A stretch of DNA of 24,000 nucleotides from Methanocorpusculum sp. (GTDB lineage: Archaea; Halobacteriota; Methanomicrobia; Methanomicrobiales; Methanocorpusculaceae): assembly GCA_017408885.1 (NCBI GenBank), contig JAFQTT010000011.1, positions 95,567 to 119,566 of the forward strand. Reading direction: 5' to 3'. Positions 7,098 to 15,601 of the stretch are shown here, piece after piece. How positions within the stretch are numbered: the first letter of the stretch is position 1; every line of letters starts with the position of its first letter. The notes beneath the pieces were generated by a model. That model made no database searches, was not told where the DNA came from, and saw only the letters and a list, made by a program, of their open reading frames with translations. Position numbers and translations under genes: made by a program.

Positions 7098-7624
7098 CCG
7101 ATACCTTTTGACATATCCTTGACATTTGTGAATGTCTTGATATCCGAACTGCTGATTACAAAGGTCAGTGTCGGAATAACGCATCCGAAGCTGTGAGGTC
7201 TAATCCAGTATGAGTTGTCCTGGTTATCCAGTGCGGCATTTCTGACTTTTAATACCGCGTAATCTCCGTCAATGTATGAGAATGAAACATCCTGCACACT
7301 TTCATAACCTGCCTCAGGATATCCGAGAATACCCAATACCCGCTTCTTCAAATCCTGTTTTCCGAAAAGATACACCAGAAACGAAATCCAGGGTTCAATC
7401 TGATATCTTACTGTAATCTCTGCATCGGAATTCTTCATCACATACTCAACAGAGCTCACATAAAGATACCCGAAACGGTTCTCTCCGTTTGGAAGAACTA
7501 CCTGTTTTTCGAGAGATGAATCTGTGTTCGACAAAAGCGGGAGGGATAGTTCAGACACTCCCGCTGCAGGTACTGCCATAAACATGCAGACAACAACAGC
7601 ACAGAGAAGCTGGTATAACCTCAT
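7082..7624 (-). CDS. Hypothetical secreted protein (N-terminal signal peptide)
   Basis: The hydrophobic N-terminus MRLYQLLCAVVVCMFMAVPAAG is signal-peptide-like. An AGGTGA RBS lies about 7 nt upstream of the ATG. It is the last gene of a minus-strand operon. No recognisable family. Confidence 0.6.
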   Translation of the reverse strand: MRLYQLLCAVVVCMFMAVPAAGVSELSLPLLSNTDSSLEKQVVLPNGENRFGYLYVSSVEYVMKNSDAEITVRYQIEPWISFLVYLFGKQDLKKRVLGILGYPEAGYESVQDVSFSYIDGDYAVLKVRNAALDNQDNSYWIRPHSFGCVIPTLTFVISSSDIKTFTNVKDMSKGIGFFKS

Positions 7625-7663
7625 TAGTATTCACCTATTTGTTGTAGAGATAAATATACTTTC

Positions 7664-9262
7664 TCAACACTGAATGTCAGTATCACTGAATGAATCTCCG
7701 TCAAACAGTCCGCGCGGTGTAATCTTTAGATGAGGAACAACAGTCAAAGCCATAAATGACAAAGACATGAACGCTTTTTTATCCGCTCCTGTCTTTTCGA
7801 GAGCTTCGTTTAACACAGCCATCTCATCTAAGACCTCTTCGTACGGCTTAAACGTCATAAGACCTCCTGCAGGAAGAGAAAGAACTGTTGTCTCATCTCC
7901 AAGAACAACAGCCATGCCTCCTCCTGCTTCAGAGACTGCTTTTACCGCAGAGATAATCTCTGCATCTGATGCGCCGGCAGCAATTATGTTGTGGGCATCG
8001 TGTGAAACGGACGTTGCGATAGCTCCCTGTCTGATGTTTAGTCCTTTAATCAGACCAACTCCAAATCCTTCTCCTCTGTATCTGTCAACGCAGATAATCT
8101 TCTGGATTCCGTCATCTCCTTCCTGACCAATGCCCGCTTCTGTGATAATTTCGCCAGGGATTGTCTCTATTACCTTGAGCATTCCGGAAGGCAGTTTCAT
8201 TTCATCTTCGCCCGGGATGCTGCATACAAACTTCGGGAACTCTATCTTTTCAGCTTCGGCTGTTCCCTTCTTGGATACAGCAATTCCATTCTTGTACACA
8301 CGCGATACTTTGAATGTCTTTCCTTCATCTAAAATACAGAAGTCGGCACAGCGGCCCGGAGCGATAATTCCTCTATCATGGAGACAGTAGTAGTCAGCGG
8401 CAGAAAGCGTTGCAATCCTTAATGCGAGTTCAAGCGGCATGCCTGCCCGGACTGCTGTTCGAATACAGTTATCAATCGAACCTTCTTCTGCTATACTGTC
8501 AACATGCCGGTCGTCAGTTGCAAAACAGCAGCGGGAAGCTGTTGCCTGAGTTACTGCCGGAGTTAATGCCTCTACATTCTTTGCAGCGTCACCTTCGCGG
8601 AGGAAGATGAACTGCCCGAGAAGGAGTTTCTCTTCGGCTTCCTCTGCTGTTGTACACTCATGATCGCTTAAAATTCCGCGTGAAACATAGCTGCAGAGAT
8701 CTTCTCCTGAAAGTCCCGGTGCATGTCCGTCGATTCTCTTGAAAAGAGAAAGCTTCTCAGACACCTCAGGGTCTTCGAAAAGAACACCCGGGACGTTCAT
8801 CATTTCGCCAAGACCTAAGACCTTTTCGTGATTTACGTAAGCTTTCAGATCCTCAGCAGATACAACTGCACCTCCGACATCTGATGGGGTTGCCGGAACA
8901 CATGACGGAACCATGAAGAAGATGTCTGCCGGAGAGTTTCCGGCATCCGAGATCATAAAATCGATTCCGGCAGTTCCGGCAACGTTTGCTATCTCGTGCG
9001 GGTCGGCAATAACTGTTGTAACCCCGTGCTGTAAAACAAGTCTTCCAAACTCAGCAGGAGTTAAAAGAGAACTTTCGATATGGACGTGTGAATCAATAAG
9101 TCCGGGTATTACGCGGGCACCTTCAAGGTCGAAAACCAGATGACCTGAAAGAGAGCCCGGTTTTCCTACAGCCTTGATTTTTCCTTTTTCAACAGAGAAA
9201 GAAGAGGGTATCCATGTACAGGATACCGGGTTATATAGAAGAGCATTATCAAATATTCTCAT
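7664..9262 (-). CDS. ade: Adenine deaminase (amidohydrolase superfamily)
   Basis: Metal-binding motif PGLIDSHVHIESS plus TTVIADPHEIANV. The 532-aa length and overall layout are typical of Ade. Confidence 0.85.
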   Translation of the reverse strand: MRIFDNALLYNPVSCTWIPSSFSVEKGKIKAVGKPGSLSGHLVFDLEGARVIPGLIDSHVHIESSLLTPAEFGRLVLQHGVTTVIADPHEIANVAGTAGIDFMISDAGNSPADIFFMVPSCVPATPSDVGGAVVSAEDLKAYVNHEKVLGLGEMMNVPGVLFEDPEVSEKLSLFKRIDGHAPGLSGEDLCSYVSRGILSDHECTTAEEAEEKLLLGQFIFLREGDAAKNVEALTPAVTQATASRCCFATDDRHVDSIAEEGSIDNCIRTAVRAGMPLELALRIATLSAADYYCLHDRGIIAPGRCADFCILDEGKTFKVSRVYKNGIAVSKKGTAEAEKIEFPKFVCSIPGEDEMKLPSGMLKVIETIPGEIITEAGIGQEGDDGIQKIICVDRYRGEGFGVGLIKGLNIRQGAIATSVSHDAHNIIAAGASDAEIISAVKAVSEAGGGMAVVLGDETTVLSLPAGGLMTFKPYEEVLDEMAVLNEALEKTGADKKAFMSLSFMALTVVPHLKITPRGLFDGDSFSDTDIQC

Positions 9263-9675
9263 GCTATCTGAATTGTCCGGATGTATCCGGCAAGACGCTT
9301 TGGCTTATCCTCGTATGTCGAGATGTAGATGAAAATCTTATACTCACCTGATTCGAGCTCTACAGGACACTTGGATAAGGTATTTCCTTTGGTGAGTGTT
9401 TCAACAAACGAGAAGGTGTTTCCTATCTGCGTTGAGGAAAACATTCCGTCCTGGCGGAATATATTGTACTGAACCCAGACTTTTTCGGGTTCATCTCCAC
9501 TGTAGGAGATTGTTGTTTTTAAGATGCCGTTATCATATACCGGTGTATCCGCGTCAACTCCTGAACCTCCTGAGAAGAGGAAGAGAATGATGATAAGTCC
9601 TGCAAGAAGAACAACCAGCCCTCCAATCAGAACAGTTCGCGGGTTTATCGGGTCACGGTCAAGAAAGTCTTTCAT
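9259..9675 (-). CDS. Hypothetical single-pass membrane protein
   Basis: One TM helix (VLIGGLVVLLAGLIIILFLF) is followed by a beta-rich soluble domain. The stop overlaps the ade start (ATGA). Confidence 0.55.
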   Translation of the reverse strand: MKDFLDRDPINPRTVLIGGLVVLLAGLIIILFLFSGGSGVDADTPVYDNGILKTTISYSGDEPEKVWVQYNIFRQDGMFSSTQIGNTFSFVETLTKGNTLSKCPVELESGEYKIFIYISTYEDKPKRLAGYIRTIQIA

Positions 9676-9677
9676 GA

Positions 9678-9854
9678 TTACTCGACACGCTCAACGGTTA
9701 CCCGTACTTTGTCACCGGTCTTTAAACCGTGTCCTTTCGGGACGTCAACATTGAACCAGAGGTTTCCCTGCTGAGACATAAGGCAGTCTTTTTCTCCTTC
9801 AATATCTGCAACAAATTCAAGCTCTGCAACAATCTCTGCGATTTTATCAGCCAT
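9678..9854 (-). CDS. Small hypothetical protein (58 aa), absent from the supplied ORF track
   Basis: Manual translation of the minus strand gives MADKIAEIVAELEFVADIEGEKDCLMSQQGNLWFNVDVPKGHGLKTGDKVRVTVERVE*. The stop lies 2 nt before the start of the next gene. A TATA-like CTTAATATTC lies about 23-32 nt upstream, so the transcript may be leaderless. Confidence 0.5.
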   Translation of the reverse strand: MADKIAEIVAELEFVADIEGEKDCLMSQQGNLWFNVDVPKGHGLKTGDKVRVTVERVE

Positions 9855-9876
9855 GAGTAAATATAAGGTAACTTTA

Positions 9877-9886
9877 GAATATTAAG
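9877..9886 (-). promoter_or_regulatory. TATA-like box (CTTAATATTC on the minus strand) for the 58-aa/membrane protein/ade operon
   Basis: AT-rich box 23-32 nt upstream of the ATG at 9854. This is the only intergenic gap upstream of the operon. Confidence 0.3.
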
Positions 9887-9912
9887 GTTTGGAAACCCTT
9901 TGAGTGCGGTAT

Positions 9913-9919
9913 AAAAAAA
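9913..9919 (-). terminator. Oligo-T (T7) terminator directly after the pyrophosphatase stop
   Basis: The A7 run on the + strand lies next to the TAA stop at 9921-9923 of the minus-strand gene. Confidence 0.5.
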
Positions 9920-9920
9920 G

Positions 9921-11543
9921 TTAGAGATTGGAGGCTAAAATGTTCCCGAACTTTGGAACAAAGTCCTTCTTTCTGGAAACAACTCCCGGAAGATGCATTG
10001 GACTGTCCCAGTGAAGTGCAGATGCTAAGAGTTTGTCATCTGCTACGGCAAACATGTCTGAACCCATCTCGGAAACACTTGTGTAGAGCGCAATATACAT
10101 GTCCGGTGCATGCGGTTCGTTCAGTTTTTCACGAAGTGCTTCGTAAATCTCATCCTTTCTTGCCGCGGCATACTCATAGGACGGGACTAAGACCTGTGCG
10201 ATTATGACACGCTTTGCAGAAAGAGTGAGTTCTTTGGTATCGCGGTCTAAGAGAGCAGACTGTGTCATTCCGGCAAGAGCCATTCCTTCGGAGATTAACT
10301 CCTCTGCATACTCTTCTGCATCCACTTCCGCATGAGCGGAGAGGTAGGCTACCATATCCACATCCTTTTTGGTTGTGGTTGACATCTTAAGTCCTAAGGT
10401 ATCGGATAAGATTCCGGAAAGAAGCACTCCTGCAATTTCCTTGGACGGAGTAATGCCTGCTTCACGGAATCTTCCGGCGATGATTGTGGATGTTGAACCA
10501 ACAGGCTCCATATCGAAGCGAATCGGCTTTAAGGTAGTCATTGCCCCTAAACGGTGGTGGTCGATAATTTCAACGATGTCAGCGGTCTCGATTCCCTGAA
10601 CTGCCTGTCCGTACTCGTTGTGGTCTAAGAGAATGACTGCTTTTGCTGCATCCTCCATTAACGTGTTTCTGGAAATTGTTCCAATCAGATTTCCGTCTGC
10701 ATCAACAACACAGGCCGCACGGTACTTTGCATTTGATACAACCTGCTGAACATACTCGATTGTATCCTCCATTCTAACCCGCGGAACATCTGTTGACATA
10801 ATTCTCTCAGCAGGCAGAGTTAAGTGGATGAGGTTTGCAACACCGAATGCATCGGCATCTGTTGCAATAACTGTGACCCCGCGTGCCTCTGCTGATGCTA
10901 AAAGACGCTCTCCAACAGGAGCTGAGTCAGCAATAATTAACGCGGCAATTCCGGCAGATACTAAAGCGAGCTGTGTCGGCTCGTCGTCTCCGACAATTGC
11001 GATATCTTTTTCTGTGATACGGGAAAGAATGACGTGCAGTGCATCGATTGAGATATAGACTGCGCCCTCTAATACATCGTGTTTCTTGACGCGGATTTCT
11101 CCATGCAGAATTCTGGTCAGGGTTTCGACCGGAATCGGAGAGACGGCAAGAGTATCCATCTTGGTGTTTGAGACGTATGCACGCGCCAGACCATGTTCAC
11201 TCACAAGACCCAAGAGCTTTCCGGACTCATCAATGATTGGAAGGTTTCTCATGTCCTTCTCGTCCATCATGTGGATGACATCAATTGTTGGAGTGGAACC
11301 GAGAGCTTTTTCCTGGTGGATGCGGGATAAGTCAGATACGGACGGTTCGACATTCAAGACGAGAGCCGGTTCGTCAACTCCGAACTTTGAAAGAGCATAA
11401 CGTGACTCTGCATTCAGTTTGCCGCAGCATGCCGGAATGTAGTTTCCAAGACCGTTTCGATTTAATAGATCGGCATATCCGATGGCACTGCAGATCGAGT
11501 CGGTATCAGGATGCCGGTGTCCGATAATGTAGGTTTTTTTCAT
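9921..11543 (-). CDS. CBS-domain-containing family II (DHH/DHHA2) inorganic pyrophosphatase
   Basis: Family II pyrophosphatase motifs: GHRHPDTDSICSA, LLDHNEYGQ, IIDHHRLG and the DHHA2 motif GILSDTLGLKMSTTT. A roughly 250-aa CBS/DRTGG-like insert brings it to 540 aa, as in CBS-PPases. Confidence 0.8.
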   Translation of the reverse strand: MKKTYIIGHRHPDTDSICSAIGYADLLNRNGLGNYIPACCGKLNAESRYALSKFGVDEPALVLNVEPSVSDLSRIHQEKALGSTPTIDVIHMMDEKDMRNLPIIDESGKLLGLVSEHGLARAYVSNTKMDTLAVSPIPVETLTRILHGEIRVKKHDVLEGAVYISIDALHVILSRITEKDIAIVGDDEPTQLALVSAGIAALIIADSAPVGERLLASAEARGVTVIATDADAFGVANLIHLTLPAERIMSTDVPRVRMEDTIEYVQQVVSNAKYRAACVVDADGNLIGTISRNTLMEDAAKAVILLDHNEYGQAVQGIETADIVEIIDHHRLGAMTTLKPIRFDMEPVGSTSTIIAGRFREAGITPSKEIAGVLLSGILSDTLGLKMSTTTKKDVDMVAYLSAHAEVDAEEYAEELISEGMALAGMTQSALLDRDTKELTLSAKRVIIAQVLVPSYEYAAARKDEIYEALREKLNEPHAPDMYIALYTSVSEMGSDMFAVADDKLLASALHWDSPMHLPGVVSRKKDFVPKFGNILASNL

Positions 11544-11551
11544 AGTTTCAC

Positions 11552-11872
11552 TTATTTGAACAGACCGCGTCTGGTTGTCTTCTTTTCTGTGTTTTTCAGG
11601 CTCATGTTTAGGAGGTGATGCATTGAGCGGACTTCCTTTCTTAAATCGTCAAGACCTCCTGTGATGGAATCGATATTTTTCTGCATGCGTGCCTCTTTTT
11701 TGTAGTCACGATCGCGAATTGGTTCCAGGATTCCCTCTTCTGCCGCAAGGTCTAAGCCGTGTTCGATTAAGAGAAGTACTGCTTCGTTTCTGTCGAGTTC
11801 CTGTTTCTTTGCAAACTGGTCAATCCTCTCTGAGAGTACAGAGTCCAGTGTGAACGAAAGTCGGAGAGCCAT
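11552..11872 (-). CDS. Ribbon-helix-helix (CopG-like) DNA-binding protein with coiled-coil/basic tail
   Basis: The N-terminus LRLSFTLDSVLSERIDQFAKKQELDRNEAVLLLIEHGL fits the beta-strand/helix/helix RHH pattern. It lies 8 nt upstream of the pyrophosphatase start. Confidence 0.55.
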   Translation of the reverse strand: MALRLSFTLDSVLSERIDQFAKKQELDRNEAVLLLIEHGLDLAAEEGILEPIRDRDYKKEARMQKNIDSITGGLDDLRKEVRSMHHLLNMSLKNTEKKTTRRGLFK

Positions 11873-11920
11873 AATGTACTTATCTGTTTGTTTTTCAGGA
11901 TAATCTAATTTGTGTGGATG

Positions 11921-12340
11921 TTACGGGCATTCCCGTTCTGTTCCCCACACAGTAAAAGAGAGGATTGTGCCTGACGGTGTGTCTACACCGATTGGAACTT
12001 TGAATGATTCGCCGTTTTCAGTCACTGCAAATCTGAATGAATGTTCCCATGTACCGCCTAACTGAACCGAGCGTTCTTCGTAGACTTTTCCTGCCAGCTC
12101 GCGGGTTAAGTATACGCCGTGCTCAACATCTTCGATTAATGAAACAGCAGTATATCTCATGAGATACCAGCGAAGTTCACTTAGAAGAGATAAAGCACTC
12201 GACACTGTTGATACGTTTGTGCGCACTCCGTATCTGATGTCTTCCGGGTGATAAAAACGAAGAATGTGACGGCTCGTTTCCGAGTCCGTCAGTGTCTGAA
12301 AGAGATTCACTCCCTGTTTTGCGATACAGACTACCTGCAT
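11921..12340 (-). CDS. Hypothetical protein (139 aa), translationally coupled to pan
   Basis: The ATG lies 1 nt after the pan stop. No family recognised. Confidence 0.5.
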   Translation of the reverse strand: MQVVCIAKQGVNLFQTLTDSETSRHILRFYHPEDIRYGVRTNVSTVSSALSLLSELRWYLMRYTAVSLIEDVEHGVYLTRELAGKVYEERSVQLGGTWEHSFRFAVTENGESFKVPIGVDTPSGTILSFTVWGTERECP

Positions 12341-12341
12341 T

Positions 12342-13592
12342 TTAGAGATACATTACATCACGCCAGGACTCATCCTTTTCTGAGTGGCGTACTTTTCTGA
12401 TTGCCGCAAGGAAGTCTTCTGCGGTAATCTTGTCGCTGTCGTTTCTGATGGCAAGCATACCTGCTTCACGGCAGATTGCTTCAATCTCAGCTCCGGTTAA
12501 TCCGTCACTTAAATTGACAAGCTCATTGTAGTTGAGGTTGTCAAGAGCCCCTGCCTCTTCCATCTTTCTTGTGTGGACGCGGAAGATCTGCATGCGTGCG
12601 TCTGCGTCCGGTGCCGGGATTTTGATTAAGCGGTCGAAGCGTCCCGGGCGAAGGAGTGCTGCATCGAGCATATCAGGTCTGTTGGTTGCAGCTATAATTC
12701 TGATGTTTCCTCTGTTGTTGAAACCGTCCATTTCGGCAAGTAACTGCATTAAGGTTCTCTGAACTTCGGCAGAACCGGATGTGCCGTCATTTGTTCTCAT
12801 GCTTCCGACAGCATCGATTTCATCGATGAATACAACAACTCCGTTGTTCTCTTCGGCAAGCTCTCTTGCCATGCTGAAGAGGTCGCGGACAAGCTGTGCT
12901 CCTTCTCCGATGTATTTGTGGACAAGTTCAGATCCTGCAAGTCTTAAGAACGGAACGCCTGCGTTGTGTGCTACTGCTTTTGCGATTAAGGTCTTACCGG
13001 TTCCAGGAGGTCCGTAGAGGAGAACTCCTTTCGGCGGAACCACTCCGAACTTCTCGAATGCGTCAGGTTTTGTAAGCGGGTACTCTACAGCTTCCCGAAC
13101 CTCTATGATTTCGTCTTTCAGGCCTCCGATGTCTTCGAAAGATGTCTCAGGCTTTTCCTCGACTTCCATGACTTTGACACGAACGTCTACAGAGTCACCC
13201 ATGATTTTTACAATCGATAAAGTGTTATTTACAGCAACCTTGGTTCCGCTCTTGATTCTGTCGTATACCGAGGCTGTTGTCTGGGTAACATATTCCTGAT
13301 TATTTCCCATCTGGCGGAGATAGACTTCGTTGTTTGCAAGTTTTTCGAGGACTACTGCAACGAAGAGGGGGAGACGCTTGAGCTGATTATTTTCCTTTTT
13401 CAGCTGGGTGTTATCCATGCGGAGTTTGTTGTTTTCGACCCTTAAGGTGTCGTTTTCCTTTCTCTCTGCACGGATGATTTTCTGGAGAGTCTCGGTTTCA
13501 CGCCTGAGATACTGGAGCTCATCCCTCTCATTTGTGATGTCCGGATTTACCCCCTCGACAAAGGGTGCATCCGGCTCGATATTTCCGGTCAT
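12342..13592 (-). CDS. pan: Proteasome-activating nucleotidase (AAA+ ATPase)
   Basis: N-terminal coiled coil, Walker A GPPGTGKT, Walker B VVFIDEID and second region of homology ATNRPDMLD..RPGRFD. The C-terminal MYL is an HbYX proteasome-docking motif. Confidence 0.92.
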   Translation of the reverse strand: MTGNIEPDAPFVEGVNPDITNERDELQYLRRETETLQKIIRAERKENDTLRVENNKLRMDNTQLKKENNQLKRLPLFVAVVLEKLANNEVYLRQMGNNQEYVTQTTASVYDRIKSGTKVAVNNTLSIVKIMGDSVDVRVKVMEVEEKPETSFEDIGGLKDEIIEVREAVEYPLTKPDAFEKFGVVPPKGVLLYGPPGTGKTLIAKAVAHNAGVPFLRLAGSELVHKYIGEGAQLVRDLFSMARELAEENNGVVVFIDEIDAVGSMRTNDGTSGSAEVQRTLMQLLAEMDGFNNRGNIRIIAATNRPDMLDAALLRPGRFDRLIKIPAPDADARMQIFRVHTRKMEEAGALDNLNYNELVNLSDGLTGAEIEAICREAGMLAIRNDSDKITAEDFLAAIRKVRHSEKDESWRDVMYL

Positions 13593-13611
13593 AGAATAAT
13601 GTTTGCTCTCA

Positions 13612-13659
13612 TAGTTTAATTACTCCGCGATTGAGGCATGACTACCCAATATAATAATA
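13612..13659. promoter_or_regulatory. Divergent promoter region with two TATA-like boxes (pan on the minus strand, Dus-like gene on the plus strand)
   Basis: tagtttaattac (13612-13623) lies 20-31 nt from the pan ATG. aatataataata (13648-13659) lies 29-40 nt from the ATG at 13688. Confidence 0.3.
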
Positions 13660-13687
13660 CTCTATACAGCATACATATATCATTCAA

Positions 13688-14785
13688 ATGGCAGGAAACA
13701 GCAGGTTCATATCACTTCTTGGAAAGCAGCTCAAAACACCAATCGTACTTTCTTCGATGGCAGGCATTACCGATGCTGCATATGTAATCGAGAGAGCAGA
13801 ACACGCAGGTGCTGCATTTATCGGCGGATACAGTATTGATGAGGCCGCAAGAAATGCTTCAAAGGAGATTGAAGCCTGCGGAAGAAAGGAGTTTGAAGCA
13901 TCCTTTGATGATATCTCAACCGAACTTGCAATGCTTGAGGACGCGGGAGTTGTTGCAGGTCTGAATCTTAGGGGAAGCACAAAAGAGGCATTCTTAGAGG
14001 CAGCATCCGTCTTTGGAAAAGATGTAATCTACGAGATTGACGCCCACTGCAGACAGCCGCCTATGGTTAATGCCGGATGCGGAGAGGCACTCTTAAAGGA
14101 TACCGACAGACTTTGTGAGATTGTTTCCGCCTTAGCCGAAGCCGGATACACTGTTTCTGTCAAGACCAGAGCAGGCATTACAGACGATAAAGCATTAGCC
14201 AAAGCTCTCTGGAAAGCCGGAGCAAAGATTATCCATGTTGATTTAATGGACCTTGGAGCATCCAAGCTCAGACAGATTAGAAACAGCTGTCCGCTTGTAA
14301 TCATCGCAAACAACGGCGTTGACTCTCCGGATACCATGATGGAGTACTTCTCTCACGGAGCAGACCTCGTTTCCCTTGCCCGCCGTGCCGAACCTGCTGT
14401 GCTAACTCTCCTTGACCGTTATATCAGGGCAATCGCTGACGAAGTCGGATGGTACAACGCGCCAAAACAGCTCTGCCGCGGAGGAGACTACAGGTCTCTT
14501 GCCTTCTGCTGTATGCCGATTAAGCAGTGTGCACTTCTTCCGACTTTAAACACTATTGGTCTCGAGTACGGTGCATACACTCAGTTAAAAGAGGAAGCTG
14601 TTGCAGGCACTCCGCTTGCAGAAGGAAGTCACACCTGCTTTGGAAGCCTTGCTTTCTGCTGTAAATCGTCTACTCCGTGTATGTTCCGCGATATGACTTT
14701 AAAGTCAATCAAGCTTCCAAAGAACGAATATATGAAGCTGAAGCGTGAACTTTCCGAAGTCATCATGGACGAAATCTTCGGGTGA
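13688..14785 (+). CDS. Dus-like FMN TIM-barrel oxidoreductase homolog with a duplicated Cys-rich C-terminal module
   Basis: SSMAGITDAAYV resembles the dihydrouridine-synthase-family motif APMAGVTD. The C-terminus carries two copies of C-x(6-10)-SLAFCC-x5-C. Confidence 0.5.
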   Translation: MAGNSRFISLLGKQLKTPIVLSSMAGITDAAYVIERAEHAGAAFIGGYSIDEAARNASKEIEACGRKEFEASFDDISTELAMLEDAGVVAGLNLRGSTKEAFLEAASVFGKDVIYEIDAHCRQPPMVNAGCGEALLKDTDRLCEIVSALAEAGYTVSVKTRAGITDDKALAKALWKAGAKIIHVDLMDLGASKLRQIRNSCPLVIIANNGVDSPDTMMEYFSHGADLVSLARRAEPAVLTLLDRYIRAIADEVGWYNAPKQLCRGGDYRSLAFCCMPIKQCALLPTLNTIGLEYGAYTQLKEEAVAGTPLAEGSHTCFGSLAFCCKSSTPCMFRDMTLKSIKLPKNEYMKLKRELSEVIMDEIFG

Positions 14786-14788
14786 ATT

Positions 14789-15601
14789 ATGCTTAGTGCA
14801 GAAAATGCTGCTGAACTTGCCGAGTTTGCAATGCTCCTTGAGGTTTGCGCAAAGCGAAAGCCCGGAAACATTGACCGCGAACATGATTATGATGATACCC
14901 GCTTAGAGCATTTCCTAAACTCAGCAGTTCGCGCCAGAAAGATTTTCCAGAATATTCATGGAATGGCTTTAGGGGATGCCATGTATGAGGCAGTCCGCCT
15001 GACAAACGGTCACAATGGCGGAAATACACACTTTGGAGCGTTTATTCTCCTTCTGCCTCTCCTGAAGGGAAAGGGCATTGAAGGAGCCTGCCGCGTTGTA
15101 AAAGAGACAACGGTCGATGATGCGGTTTTGTTCTACAAAGCATTCGGGCTTACTGCTGTTCGCGTGTCTGATACTTCCGATATGGATATCAATGACCCGG
15201 AGTCGTTAAACCGTTTACGGGAAGACGGCATGACGATGTATGATGTGATGGAGTTTTCTGCTGAAAACGACATGGTCGCACGTGAGTGGACAAACGGCTT
15301 TGCTTTAACCCGCGAAATGGCAGACCTCTTAAAATCGTCTGACGGCGGAAGTTCTGCAATTCCTGCTGCATTCTTGGATATGCTTTCCCGTCACCTTGAT
15401 ACGTTTGTTATCAAGAAGTTCGGACCAGCAACAGCAGAGGAGCTTAGAAACTCTGCGATGATGGCGAAAAACGGTCTGCTCTCGGAAGAGATTCTTGATG
15501 CATGGTGTATTGCAGAGGGAATTAATCCGGGCTCTCTTGCAGATATCTGTATCGCAGGAATTTTCGTGGCACTCATCGAGGGATGGGAATGGGATTACTA
15601 A
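14789..15601 (+). CDS. Triphosphoribosyl-dephospho-CoA synthase (CitG)-like protein
   Basis: KRKPGNIDREHDYDDTRLEHFLNSA matches the CitG-family PKPGxVDR...D...F..SA pattern. It starts 3 nt after the upstream stop. Confidence 0.6.
   Translation: MLSAENAAELAEFAMLLEVCAKRKPGNIDREHDYDDTRLEHFLNSAVRARKIFQNIHGMALGDAMYEAVRLTNGHNGGNTHFGAFILLLPLLKGKGIEGACRVVKETTVDDAVLFYKAFGLTAVRVSDTSDMDINDPESLNRLREDGMTMYDVMEFSAENDMVAREWTNGFALTREMADLLKSSDGGSSAIPAAFLDMLSRHLDTFVIKKFGPATAEELRNSAMMAKNGLLSEEILDAWCIAEGINPGSLADICIAGIFVALIEGWEWDY

Noticed and set aside
11552-12340. The RHH protein plus the 139-aa ORF as a toxin-antitoxin pair
   Set aside because: The gene order is unknown ORF first and RHH second, with a 48-nt gap. 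The 139-aa protein is coupled to pan and has no recognisable toxin motifs.
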